DNA of 64,000 nucleotides. Origin: Schmidtea polychroa (lineage: Eukaryota). This document shows positions 32,372 through 44,700 of the stretch, piece after piece; position 1 is the stretch's first letter; every line of letters starts with the position of its first letter. Where the stretch lies: NCBI GenBank assembly GCA_044892525.1, contig CM097885.1, positions 53,012,001 through 53,076,000 of the forward strand, read 5' to 3'. Below the pieces are notes generated by a model. The model had not been told where the DNA came from. It was given only the letters and a program-made list of their open reading frames with translations, and made no database searches. The position numbers and the translations under genes were made by a program.

Positions 32372-34716
32372 TTACTACTAGGTAAATTCGTTTTTAAAGG
32401 ATTACTTTGAGCCATTTTGATGGGACTATTTTGACGGGCTATTTTGACGGGTGCCCGTAATAAACAATAAAAACTGATATAATTTAATGAACCGCTATGG
32501 GTTGAACCCACTGTGTGGGACCCCTGCTACTGATATAATTCAATGAACTGGGGGGGGGGGGTTGAACCCCCCAACCCCCGGCAAATACATCACTGGGCTT
32601 TATAAGAAAAATAGAAAAAAATAAAATTTTGTATTAATAAAAATACGTATATGACCGTACAATATTATATTCATAGAACAACTTTTTTACTCAGACTTTA
32701 ATTTTCAAATTTAGGCTAGTCAAAAAACAAATTTTCTGGATTTAGCAGATGCAAATCGTTTATAATATTATCGAAGTTCAATGATTTTGCCAAGTCATAT
32801 TCGATTGCAAGAGTTGTAAGTCCATTCCGTCTGTCCTGTTTCATAACAGATCGTTGAACACTTTTAATTGGCTTGAGCTTGCTGAAAGATCTTTCAGCTT
32901 CAGTAACAGTTTCATGAATCGTACAGAAAATCCTGATAGCGATCACAATATTTGGGAATAGAGATTACAACTTTAATTGGTAAAGTTTATTCAACGTTTC
33001 TAGTGGATGAAGGCATTCATTTTGCAAGTTAGCTGAATAAATAGACTTAAGATGTTTTACTTTAGTTACGTCACTGCTAACATCTTTGTCATATTCTTTG
33101 CAAAAATCAACTCTACAATCAAACTCTCAATGTTTTCCACTTCCACGTCAAGTGTGGCTTCTCTATCTCCAAGAACTTTGTTTCGATAGACTATGGAAAT
33201 CAAACTTTTGAGCCGCATTGTTACCATTAAAACACACTAGAATGATTTCATATATTGCTCAATTCCTTGCAGTTTGGTCTTGCATTCTGATGATAAATTT
33301 AGTTCTTTACACTTCATAATTGCATTCTTGATAAGTGGCAGATGCTTTGCAATCGGTTTTACACTTTCCACGCGTGCAGACCATCTAGTTTGAGAAATGT
33401 TATGAAGTAAGCATGCAATATATGTTTGCAGTATTTCCCATCGTTGGGGACTGTGCAAAAAAATTGTAAAGTTTTTGAACCATTCCAAAAAAGTAATTAC
33501 GTCGTTACAACACTCAGCAGCATGCATACCGCAGAAATTTAAACTATGCGCACCACAATTTGAAAATTTTGCTAGAGGGTTACAGTTCGCAATAATAGCT
33601 TGTGCTCTTTTATTTCCTGCCATATTTGATCCGTTGTCGTAACCCTGACATCGACAATCTTCTAAAGGAATTCCATGTTTATTCAGTTCTGATTTAATCA
33701 TGTCTGCAATATCTTGTTTAGTTTTGTCGTTGTAATCAACAAATGCAACAAAACGTTCTTTGACAACAAATGTTGAATTGCAAATTGCAACTTAAGTGTT
33801 CAGTAATATTATATTTAAATACATAAAAAATTGAGTGTTGAGGATACCTAAATGATAGATAGCATAATAAATAAGTAAATTATCTGGGGGAAGATCGTCA
33901 TGACAAACGGGACGATCTATGGGAACTCAGAAAAGAAAAAGGAAGCAAAAAGAAATGAAAAATTAGAAAGATAAATCAAAGAAAAGAAAACAAACAAGAA
34001 ATTAAAACAAAGACCATTGCTAATTAAAAAGTACAAACGAAGGTGGAATTTCAAATTCCAGAAAAACAAAATATGGGAAAAAGCCGTATCTTGACAGCTT
34101 GTCAAAGATAGTGGAATTGCCGGGAAAAGGCGGCTTAACAAAAAAGGAAAAGGGAAAATATCTCGACATCTGTCAGAGATAAGGCTAACGTAGCGAGAAA
34201 TACAGAGGAAAATGAAAATGGTAAACAAAATCTTTCTCTAGTGCCACAAATAAAGCAAACTATATAAAAGGAAACTGGTGGACACAAATTGAGATAAATT
34301 TGGGAGACGAAATAGAGACAAAAATTTAGACGATAAGTTAGACAGAGTCGGACGAAAGTTATTGGATAAACGATTTGTTAAAAATAATTGTAAAGAAAAT
34401 AGTTATGAAGAATAATTGTTGAAGAAGATTTGACGAAAAGAATTAGTTGAAAAATCAAACCGAAAGAAGTTACTTGAGTATTTGAATAAAGTTGTGAAGG
34501 AGGTCAAAGAAAACAACCAGCTCAAAGTCCCAGTTGATAAACAAGATTTTAAAATTAAAATATTTTATTTATTTAAATAAGGAAGTTTTGAAATACAGAG
34601 AATAATTATAATGACAATAATTGCTAACAATATCAAACTGATTCAATAATATATTACAAATCAAAATATATAATTCAAGAATCATTTAAAGATAAATGGT
34701 ATAAAATCGAATCTTT

Positions 34717-36267
34717 CTATTTTTCTATGGATAGTGTCGTTTCGTCTTTAAGATGTAACTCATTTGATGAGGCCGATTTCATGTGGATACCAAGAATGGA
34801 TCTAGATTTGCAGATATCACTGGTAAATCCCGACAGTTTTCTCGAATGTTCAAATTCCGAATTCCCATACAATAACACTTTTAACTCCAAACACGTAAGT
34901 ATTTTAACAAAAGCCGTCCTAAAATCCCTCATTGAATGAGCATAGATAATTGGGTTGATACTCGAATTGACATAACCCAACCATGTGACTATACTCATGA
35001 CAATTCTAGACATTTTAGTGTTAGATGGTAATATCTCAACATCGATAGCTACAAGGATGTTGCAAACGAAAAAAGGTAACCAACATAAAACAAAAATTCC
35101 CATCACAATTCCAAGAGTTTTAGCAGCTCTCTGGTCACGTAGGAAACATTTTGCTCTTTTTCCTGATATCATGTTAAACAATTTGTTTGTCAACACTTTT
35201 ACTGGACTTCCAATGCTATTTCTACCGTGTTTAGATGAGTCGCTGAAATTTGGTTCTAAACTTAATGAATACCGAGACTCGTGTTTGTTTCCACATAGAT
35301 TTTCAGATTTCAATTTTGAAACTGACGGGCTTGTTTGGTGAAATCTTGGATTTAAATGGCTAGAATGACCATGAAAGCTTTGATGGAAACTTGATCGATC
35401 AGTTGGTATAGTATCTTCGCTAAAGAATTTATTGCTACTTATACAAGGAGAATAATTAACCTTTTTCGATTCAATCTCAATAGGAGCAACAATTGATGGG
35501 CTTCGAGAGGAATTAACATCCATATTTATTCCTCGATGAACATTAAGAATAATTTTAGTATCACCTGTTTCAGATTTACTTTTTATTACTCTAAATCCAG
35601 ATTTGAAAGACCGAAGAGTGGCTGTAGCGATTTTATATATTTTATAATATACAAAAATCATAATAACAAGAGGCATATAAAAAGATAAAATTGAGGACAA
35701 TAATAAATACGAGCTATCATTAGTAAAAGGACATGTATTTTCAATGCGTGGATAATCCATCCTAGCTTGCCACCATAAAATAGCAGGAAATGAAATGATA
35801 GCAGAGAACAGCCATATTCCAGCAATTGTAAAACCACTTCGCTGCCGACTTATTCTCGCCGCATGTAAAATTGGATTGTGAGTTGCATAATATCTCTCGA
35901 CAGCTATGGCGCATAAGTTTAATATGCTACAAGTTGAACTCCAAACATCTGTGGCATGCCAAAAGTCACACCAAGCGGATCCATATATCCAAACTCCTTG
36001 CAGAATCTCCTCAGAAACAGCGAATGGCATCACTATTAAACCCATAACCAAATCTGCAGCGGCCAAAGAGACAATGAAATAATTCGTCACTGATCTCAAA
36101 TATCGTTCCTTTAGAACGGCAATTATCACTAAACTGTTGCCGAGAATCGTCAACAATGAACAGCAGGACAGCAAAATGGCCACTATTATCATTCCAGGGG
36201 AAATTTCGAAAAACCATTTTACTGAACTGTTGTAACTTGAATTTTTTACTGTATAATTCTGATTCAT
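34717..36267 (-). CDS. Aminergic GPCR, invertebrate D1-like dopamine receptor (Dop1R2-type), intronless, 516 aa
   Basis: TNYFIVSLAAADL, TM3 Asp (WHATDV...SILNLCAIAVERY), TM5 serines SSILSF, AAKTLGIVMGIFVLCWLPFF, TWLGYVNS.INPIIY...RDFRTAF. Confidence 0.9.
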   Translation of the reverse strand: MNQNYTVKNSSYNSSVKWFFEISPGMIIVAILLSCCSLLTILGNSLVIIAVLKERYLRSVTNYFIVSLAAADLVMGLIVMPFAVSEEILQGVWIYGSAWCDFWHATDVWSSTCSILNLCAIAVERYYATHNPILHAARISRQRSGFTIAGIWLFSAIISFPAILWWQARMDYPRIENTCPFTNDSSYLLLSSILSFYMPLVIMIFVYYKIYKIATATLRSFKSGFRVIKSKSETGDTKIILNVHRGINMDVNSSRSPSIVAPIEIESKKVNYSPCISSNKFFSEDTIPTDRSSFHQSFHGHSSHLNPRFHQTSPSVSKLKSENLCGNKHESRYSLSLEPNFSDSSKHGRNSIGSPVKVLTNKLFNMISGKRAKCFLRDQRAAKTLGIVMGIFVLCWLPFFVCNILVAIDVEILPSNTKMSRIVMSIVTWLGYVNSSINPIIYAHSMRDFRTAFVKILTCLELKVLLYGNSEFEHSRKLSGFTSDICKSRSILGIHMKSASSNELHLKDETTLSIEK

Positions 36268-38807
36268 GATTTGTTTTGCTGGAAATGAATATTGTAATTA
36301 TTAAGAAATTAATACAAATAATTATTAGAGCTCTCATTGGATAAAATGAAAAATTTTCGTTTTCAATGAAATTCTTCACTAATTATGAATTATTATTATT
36401 TATTTATTTAGAAAATTGTTTATTTAATAATTATAGTAAAATTATAAGAAATAAATTCCATAATAATAAAGTTTTTTATGTAATATTTAAATCCAATATC
36501 TAAACAATTACAATTTTCAGGCATAATCGGTTCTCTTCAGTAGTTTATAAGATGCTTCGCTCTCGAACCAGATCGAACGCAGTAATTTGACGACCAGATT
36601 CTAGGATCTGAATATTACGATTGCTATACCGCTCTTATCAAATGTATATAAATACCTTTATTATTTTACAAACTAGACGTATGAGCAACTCATATCATCA
36701 TCGTGTTACTATGACGTAGTTTAATTGAATTGGATGAGTTAGTAATTCAATAGAATCAAAATAATTTTGAATTTCAGATGGCATACTGATAAAAAAAGTT
36801 TTTAATGAATAAGTCACCCAAAGTCAAAAATAATAATAATAATTAATAATAATACACACATGTTACACAGTATATTTCGCCAATCTCACTGTTATCATTA
36901 AACAAGATAAAAAAACTAAAGATATTTTAAAATTAGTAAACAAATTACAAAAATATAATTTGTTTATATATTGTGATTATCGAAAAGAAGCAGAACTCAA
37001 AAACAGCTTGAAGAAGAGTGATGCTTTAAACAATAAATACTGAACAAATGCTTCAATGCAATTAAGGTGTCAGTAGCTGTTGCCGCATCAATATTAATAA
37101 TAATATAAGAACTTTTTTCGATTTTTACCTTTGATTTCTTTTCAATTTATATTGTATTTATTAAAAAATTAATTATGAATCAGTAAAGATATAAAAAACA
37201 TCGATATATTTAATGATTCATATATGATTCATTAATAATTGATATCACGAATCCTCCCCCCCCCCCATTTTTATTAATTTACTTGCAACTTACATAACCG
37301 AGAAGACAAATTATTTTATAATATTTCCGTAATTATTTAAACTCGCTTTATATTTTTTTAGTTTTTAGTCATTTATAAGTCATTATCTAAAATATCCTTC
37401 TATTTTCACAGCCCAGACAGTTAATATTTGAAGAAATTCACACTTGCAATTTAATATCAATAAAAGTTTATTTATGGATAATAAATAAAAAAGAAACAAA
37501 TTAAAATTTTTATTGAGATATTTGCTTTTTTACATTTGTTAGTTATCTGATAAAAAATTTCACGGTTTGAAGCTTTTCAGAGTAAGTGGCACTTGGAATT
37601 ATTGTAAATTTCTAATGCTTATTTCCAGACTCTACAAGTGGAGAAATGTAAATCATATTTTGTAAAACGATCTGATTTTAGGATAATTGGGAAATTTTTT
37701 CATTACATTAAATTTATTTATTTTCAATTTATAATAAATTGAATATATTATAACTAATTTTTTATTAGAATTTTTCTATTATTTTCACTCTTAATATAAA
37801 ACGATAGTTTCCCGGTAGCAGCATCAATTCGCATAAATAATTAGTGAAATATATAAGCTTTAGGTGCAAGTTTCAAGTTTATTCAAAACAAACAATCATG
37901 AGAATTTTCTATTTTGAAATAGATTTCTTCAATTTTCATTTTCACTTCATAATCAATAAAATTTTATCTTTTCACTATTGATCAATTTTAATCATTATAA
38001 ATTAAATAATTAAAACAAAATAAAAGAAATTGTGAGAATGAATATTTGAAAACTTAATATAGAATGAAATTAATAAGAGGAAACCATAGAATGAAAATTA
38101 ATGTATGAAAATATGTAAGATATAATATCTAATACAGAAATGTTCTAAAGCAGTGTTTCTCAACGTGGACGATTATCTGACTGTCCGCTTTTGGAGAGTG
38201 AGTCATTGTTAGACGCAATTAAATTCAAATCTTCTTCAAGCATTTATTTTTTATAACAACTCAAAACTGTGTCGTTTACTAGCGTATTTAAACACCGAGG
38301 CGTGATAATTATTAATATTAATGTAATTACTGGTCATATATTTAATTGATTTAATTTAATATAATTTAATATAGAATTTAAATATAAAAATTTAACAGAA
38401 ATAATTATTTCTACTAACTGATCTCACTTCTACCATTTAACCATAATAATTTTATATAGGGGTTTACTAACTCCTTACAGTCATCATGCGTGGGAAAATG
38501 TATTTTTAATACCAATCAAATTCACTTGAAAAAAGCAGTGTCGAAAATTCGTGAATATTAAACACATCGATATATTTACTGATTCATAGTCATAATCCCT
38601 CATATAACGCTGGGGTTACGTTCCTGACTCACCGCGTTATTGGCGAGACCTCGTATATCTTGAATCAACCTGAAAAATCTTTTAAGTCAGTTGCGAGTGC
38701 CTAAAACATTGTTTAATACCGTCTGCACTATAATATATTAAGAATATATTAGTTTGAAGTCTATAGTAAATAAATATATTAAATAAAAAAAATCGAAAGA
38801 TAAAATA

Positions 38808-39372
38808 AATTCACTCTCTTTACTTAAATTTTGACCTTTTAATACGGTTATACGAATATTTATACGATATAAAATACAGTATATAATGTCGGTAAAACTT
38901 TTAAATGATATATTTCTTCGACCCGATGCGAGGAATTCACTCGCTTTACTTAAATTTTAATTTTTTATATGGTTATACTAGTATTTATGCGATATAAAAT
39001 ACAGTATAAAATGTCGCTAAAACTATTAAATGATAAATTCTACCATCCAATTCGAAGAATCCGATAGTAAATAATTTTATTATGTACACTAGAACATAGT
39101 TAAATTAAAATTGGTACGTATATACAATATTTTAATTTGTTAAATTCCATCGTCTTTCATGTTTTAGAAACCGGAAATAACCAATTAAAATCTCGGCTTC
39201 AACTCTGAGTGTGAATTATAAATTCTTCCAATTGAATGGGGGAATTTATCATTGTATGGTTTTAGCGACATTTTTATACTGTATTTTATATCGCATATAT
39301 CGCATAAATGCTTGTATAATCATATAAAAAAGGTAAAATTTAAGTAAAGCGAGTGAATTCTTCGCATCGGAT
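38808..39372. repeat. MITE-like direct plus inverted repeat (~110-bp arms)
   Basis: ~38920-39024 is inverted at ~39258-39372; ~38808-38915 is a diverged direct copy of the left arm. Confidence 0.7.
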
Positions 39373-39405
39373 CTGTCAGTAATAGCATTGTTAGTATGTT
39401 CTGAT

Positions 39406-39763
39406 TAGGGTTGTTAATATCGGTTTTTCGAGCAATCCGATTATCGTTTGTATAAATCCGATTTTAAACCGATTATCGTTTGCACTTTGCATAACCAAAG
39501 CTACTTACATTATTACTATTCACGCACGTGTATAGTATAATTAGTTTTATTCAAAGTTTATACCACACACAAGGAGAATATGAATTGACTGTTTATATAA
39601 AAAGTTAAAGCATATAAGTAAATTTGTTTTCAATTTCTTCGGTAATTTTCCCTGTATATAGTATATACCGAAACAAAACCGATTATCGTTTTGTGAAATA
39701 AAGAAACCGATAATCGTTTTCAAAATAGAAAATCGGATTTCCGATTTTCGTTTAACAACCCTA
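39406..39763. mobile_element. 358-bp hAT-type MITE
   Basis: 12-bp TIRs TAGGGTTGTTAA, perfect 8-bp TSD GTTCTGAT, subterminal CCGATTATCGTTT repeats. Confidence 0.92.
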
Positions 39764-40153
39764 GTTCTGATTTGAACTTTTCATAATTTTTTCCGAAAAA
39801 AATTTTTTTTTTCGATTTTCTTTTTATTTTTTCGTTATTGTATTTCTTTTTTTACGAACGGGTATGTTCTCAATAAAGTATTCGAGTAGTAAGATGTGTC
39901 ACCTCCAGGACATGTCACATCCAGGACAGGTCAAGGTCAAATTTTAAGGTCAAGGCCATTTTTTTTAAAGGTCAAGGTCAAATTTTTTTTAAGGTCTGAT
40001 ATCATTTACTGATATCATTCACACATGATTTAGTAACAGTTCATAGTGCAAATCATGTGAATTTCCGTTGATGTAATCGATTATTAACGCATAATTTCAT
40101 ACCACATGTTATCCCTTCAAATATTTTAATCAATAATAATTCAGTATTTTTCC

Positions 40154-40216
<63 letters not shown>

Positions 40217-40494
40217 ATTTTTACAAATAATTACTATTATTATAAGAACTTTTATTTCTTCCAATTTCATCACTGATTATAATATCCATTGAATTGAAAA
40301 GAGACTTTGAAGATTATAAATCAGTAATATATCGATGTTTGTTGACTCTCACAAATTGTCGGCACTGCCTTGTTAAGTGAATTTGATCATTATTACATTA
40401 AATATTTATTGTTGGATAATTACATTTAAAAGGTTCAACCAATTTCATAAATCAGCTTTGAATCACTTTAATATAAATCTTCATAAGAAATTAC

Positions 40495-40575
<81 letters not shown>

Positions 40576-40816
40576 ATTTACATCAACTCAAATTTAACAA
40601 GGTTAGTCACACAAATCGAATTCTGAAATCAAACAAATGCATTTAATAAAAATTAAAATCATCGACATACACAACCGCAGTTCGCCCGCCCGCCCCGAAG
40701 GGGCTGGCGCGGTAGTTTGTAAATTTGGTTTAGTTTGAATATTATTATTTGATACATAGTTTTATTATTTACAATATTCAAAGTATTAATAACAAAGGTA
40801 AAGAAATAAATGTTTA

Positions 40817-41374
40817 TTAAATGTATATAGTATGATACTCATTAATATACATTGAACATGCTTTACATTTGCGAACATTTGAATCATGGCATTTAGAACA
40901 TACAATTACATGTCCGCAAGGTAAAAACAAAACCAATACTTGATTTTCTTTACAAATGTAACAAGTTAAATACATTTTCCTACCATCATTGAGTTTTTTC
41001 CTTAGCTTATTTTCAATCAATTCGGATTTCGATATCCATTCATAAATCAATCTACTACTATATCCTGGTTCCAGCCTTAAATCCATACAATTCCAAAAGC
41101 ATTCATTCAATGAATCATTATCTACTATTGCTTTGTCTAAATGCATCAAATAAATCGATAACTTCAAAATGCATTTATTGTAATTAAATAAATCAATCAA
41201 ATATCCAATGGAGGAATGTTTGAAAATTTCTAAAATTTTTATGGTTTCCTTTTCAGTGAGAGTATCATAATTGTTCATAAAATCTTCAACGGTGCAGTTT
41301 AAAAACTTGAATGATCTCGTGGTCATCAGTAATTTCTTAATAAATTTATGAAAATACTTATATTCTGCACACAT
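40817..41374 (-). CDS. IAP-type C-terminal RING (C3HC4) protein without BIR domains, 185 aa
   Basis: CYICKENQVLVLFLPCGHVIVCSKC...CKAC...IYI at the extreme C-terminus. Confidence 0.82.
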   Translation of the reverse strand: MCAEYKYFHKFIKKLLMTTRSFKFLNCTVEDFMNNYDTLTEKETIKILEIFKHSSIGYLIDLFNYNKCILKLSIYLMHLDKAIVDNDSLNECFWNCMDLRLEPGYSSRLIYEWISKSELIENKLRKKLNDGRKMYLTCYICKENQVLVLFLPCGHVIVCSKCHDSNVRKCKACSMYINEYHTIYI

Positions 41375-41736
41375 TTATAAGAGATACATTAAAACAACTC
41401 ATTTATTAAACAAGAAAATAATTTAAAATCAATAATGGTAATTTTAAGGATTATCTTCGATAGATTTTATTGAATAATGGTTCATTAAAAAGGTCTTGAA
41501 GAGCTCTATCCAATGGTTATATATTTGAAGATATAATGTTTGTGCACAATATAGTAAGTATTATTATTTTTATTATTATTTTTATTAACAAACTACATTC
41601 TAATAAAATACTTTTACACATCAAATTATTAAAAAAAAAATCAAAGAAATAAAACCGATAATTATAAAACGAAAAAGAGACTTTACAATAATTTCTATTT
41701 TACAAAAATTCAAACAAGCCCGATCACAGAATTAAA

Positions 41737-44700
41737 TTAATCTTGTAGATGTTGATTGATGAGATCGGGATCTGCTCCTGATTGAATATCATTATCGTCA
41801 TTATCAATGACATCAACCCCTAAATAATGACCATATGCAAAACTAGAGTTTTTCTCTACCCAAGCTCTTTTATCATCATGATTAGTTAAAGCAATCTTTG
41901 AGTTTTTAAAGGTAAAAAGCTGATGATTTCGGGTTCCTATTCTAGTCTGAGGTACAGAAATAACTGTGTTGTTGTTGTAACAGTCTAAATAGGATTGATG
42001 TTTTATATCTGTACCTGGTAATTTTACGCCCTTAGCTCTCATAGAAGATTTATTTCCTAAAAGACTGTAGCACTTTGGTCGCAAGAAAACCCACTCACTA
42101 TATCCTACACCCTTACTCTCATCCTTAAACTTTCCTATAACTGAGTCGAGTCTCCTAGAATATAAAGGATGAGAGGGATCATAATTTGAGGTGTCTAACA
42201 AGTCATCCGAAATCATCGCTGGCAAAAGAACGTCAAGCTTTACATTTTTGACCTCTAAGAAGAAACTATCGGTATCACCCGCAACTATATTTATATCACA
42301 GTTAAACTGACTCCTATATTTTGCTAATTCTATGTACTGTAATTGATACATCCTTAGTTTGGATAAATCCAGCACTGATTGTCCGATGTAGCTGGGTCTA
42401 TCCAAACATATAGACTCCTTATTGAGATGTACACCAAAAAGATCATCAATTTTGATGGTTTTTCTAAATGATGGTTTTGATGAATATGTAATTAATTTTT
42501 CCGCGGAATTACATAGTCGTAAATTTAATCTCTTCTTAAGGTTTTCAACGGATTTACCGTACAAGCTATTATTATACAATTTGAATAAATCTCTGTACAG
42601 TTCACTGCTTGCTTCAGCTCTTAGCTGTGTATTTTTATTTATATAATTTTTAAAAATCGGTGCTTGCTTGAATTTTATAGCCCTATGGATGTGTACAACT
42701 TTGGCACCAAGAGACAAATAAAGCTTGAGAAGCCTCCAATGAAGAACATGGTTCTTCTTTGGCCAATGCGTGAGCATCAACTTCTCAACTTTCGAACTAG
42801 GCGGGCACATTTTCTCAGGAGCAAGAGGAAAGTCATTTAAAAAATCATGAAAAATTTCTGGAATATCTATATCCACTTCTATGGTATAACCATAGGGAAG
42901 GATTTCAATGTCAGCATTCATGCACTCAAGCAATACATCATTCAATCCATCATACACCCAAGTGAAATCAGCAAAAGGAAGATTTTGGCTAAGAGCCCAA
43001 CCATACAGATTATTTATATCAATATATAATAATTCTGTATTATCAGAAGCAGCAACGTAATGTTTGTTAACAAATGTTAACCCACCACGTATTCCTTCTT
43101 CGTAAAAATTGAACATTTCCATGTCCTGTAAAAGTTCTATAGGCTCAGTTAATGTCATAAGCGCTGAGGCCCATGACATACCCGGAATACCATAAAAGTT
43201 TAGAGGTTCTAGACCATTGTATGCAATGGCCTTGGCACGGAATTGTTGGAAATAGTCCGCCAGGAGGAATACATCCAATTTTTGATAAGTTAACATATAG
43301 TCAGCCAATTTAGTACAACGTTGTTGAGTCCAAATAAGTTGAGCCTTAGCATACTCATCTTCAGTAACACCAGACCAAATAGGAGGCAATTCATAAGTGG
43401 TTTCAAGTACATCCAAATCAGTCGCATAATCATAAGGAAATATGGCTTTAGCATCTATTATTAGCCTATCAAAAACCGACGAAGTCAAAGGAAGATCAGT
43501 TAGAGTTTTTACAGCCTTAGCCAAAGAACAATTAACAAATTGTATGCTGTCGATAAAACGAACAGCTAATTTTTTAATGTGAACAATCATCGAGATAAAT
43601 TTCTCTGTACTTGTGGGTATTATATCCAAATTCCAAGAAGGAAAGCCATTGAGACCATATTTTAAAATATGGTGTAAGTCGTAGCCTCGTAAATTATGAA
43701 ATACAATCGGCAGCTGTTTATAAATTCTGCGAGCCATATTACATTTCCTACAGGCTGCACCGAGATAATTACCAGTAAAATGGTCATGATCTCGAACAGC
43801 AAGGGATAAAACCTTCTTGCAAAGATAGCAGTTCCTACAAGATTTGAATTGTCGTTCCTCAGCAAAAGTCATAGGTCCTAACCGTTTTTTCCCTTCAAGC
43901 TCATAATAAGGTAGGACAATTGTAACAGCAATTTGCTCTACTTTTTTAAGAAATTGAGGTATACAATCAAGACCATAAAACTCGTAATACGATTTTCTAT
44001 TGTTAAGATTATTTATTAATAAAAGACCTGCTGAAATAGGTAAATGTATTTGATGATGTTTAACATCTTTAGGTAAAACCGATTCAAAATCGGCATAAAT
44101 AACAAAGGGTGGGGTGATTCTCTTTGAATGATTTTGAAACACTAAATATTTATTTTCGGGTAAAGTGTAAAGGGTTGTACCCGTTTGATTTTTACTGCAT
44201 AGGGCCACATGTTTAGTGAAAGCATTGTCCATTCGAAAACCGTTAAGACAATGTGGGCACCATTTGCATCTTATTTGAATACTACAGTCATTATTACGAT
44301 GGCAGTTCATTAAACGTGTAATGTTGGTCACTGCGGTGTAATGATAATTATCCTTATTTTCCAAGAGTAATAAATAAATTGGAGTACCGCCAGTAACCGT
44401 TGATCTGTGAATTATATTTAAGTGGGGGTGTTTAAAAACATAGTCATTAGGAACCTGATCATCATCAACTATCACAGTAGGGGTATAAGCCAGAACATTT
44501 ATGGCGAGATTTAAGTCTAAATTTTTCTTTTCGAATTTAGGTATATTACACAATTTCATCGGACAATCCGTGACTTCATTGTAATTAAGAATATTTAAAA
44601 GATTTTCATATTTTGAAACTCTTTCAGGGTGGCTACCTATTTCATCTTTTTTCAAGAGCGCGAGAATACTATAAAGAAAACACTTATGATCCTTATTTTT

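Larger units (their letters stand above)
20095..32456. mobile_element. MITE, probably MULE-type, split by Maverick A
   Basis: TIRs GGCACCCG(A/T)CAAAATAGCCC with iterated CAAAATAGCC subrepeats. 9-bp TSD GTAATAAAC (20086-20094, 32457-32465). Confidence 0.8.
20001..32595. mobile_element. Short hAT-type MITE split by nested insertions
   Basis: TIRs CAGTGATGCATTT / CAGTGATGTATTT. Perfect 8-bp TSD GGCTTTAT (19993-20000, 32596-32603). Confidence 0.9.
19922..33780 (-). mobile_element. Decayed hAT element, outermost layer of a nested stack; 5' part truncated
   Basis: hAT-like end CAGACCCGCTGAC at 19922. Broken transposase 32716-33780 with QGYDNGSNMAG, CGAHSLN, TRWSARVE, EAERSFSKLK. Confidence 0.65.

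Noticed and set aside
39907..39932. p53-like half sites (GGACATGTCA) in the Mav-B TIR
   Set aside because: Imperfect match, not arranged as a full site, and not shared with Mav-A. It is explained by the terminal tandem repeat.
40230..40495. Possible small gene near the Mav-B left TIR
   Set aside because: Multiple stops and no recognisable motif or homolog in Mav-A.
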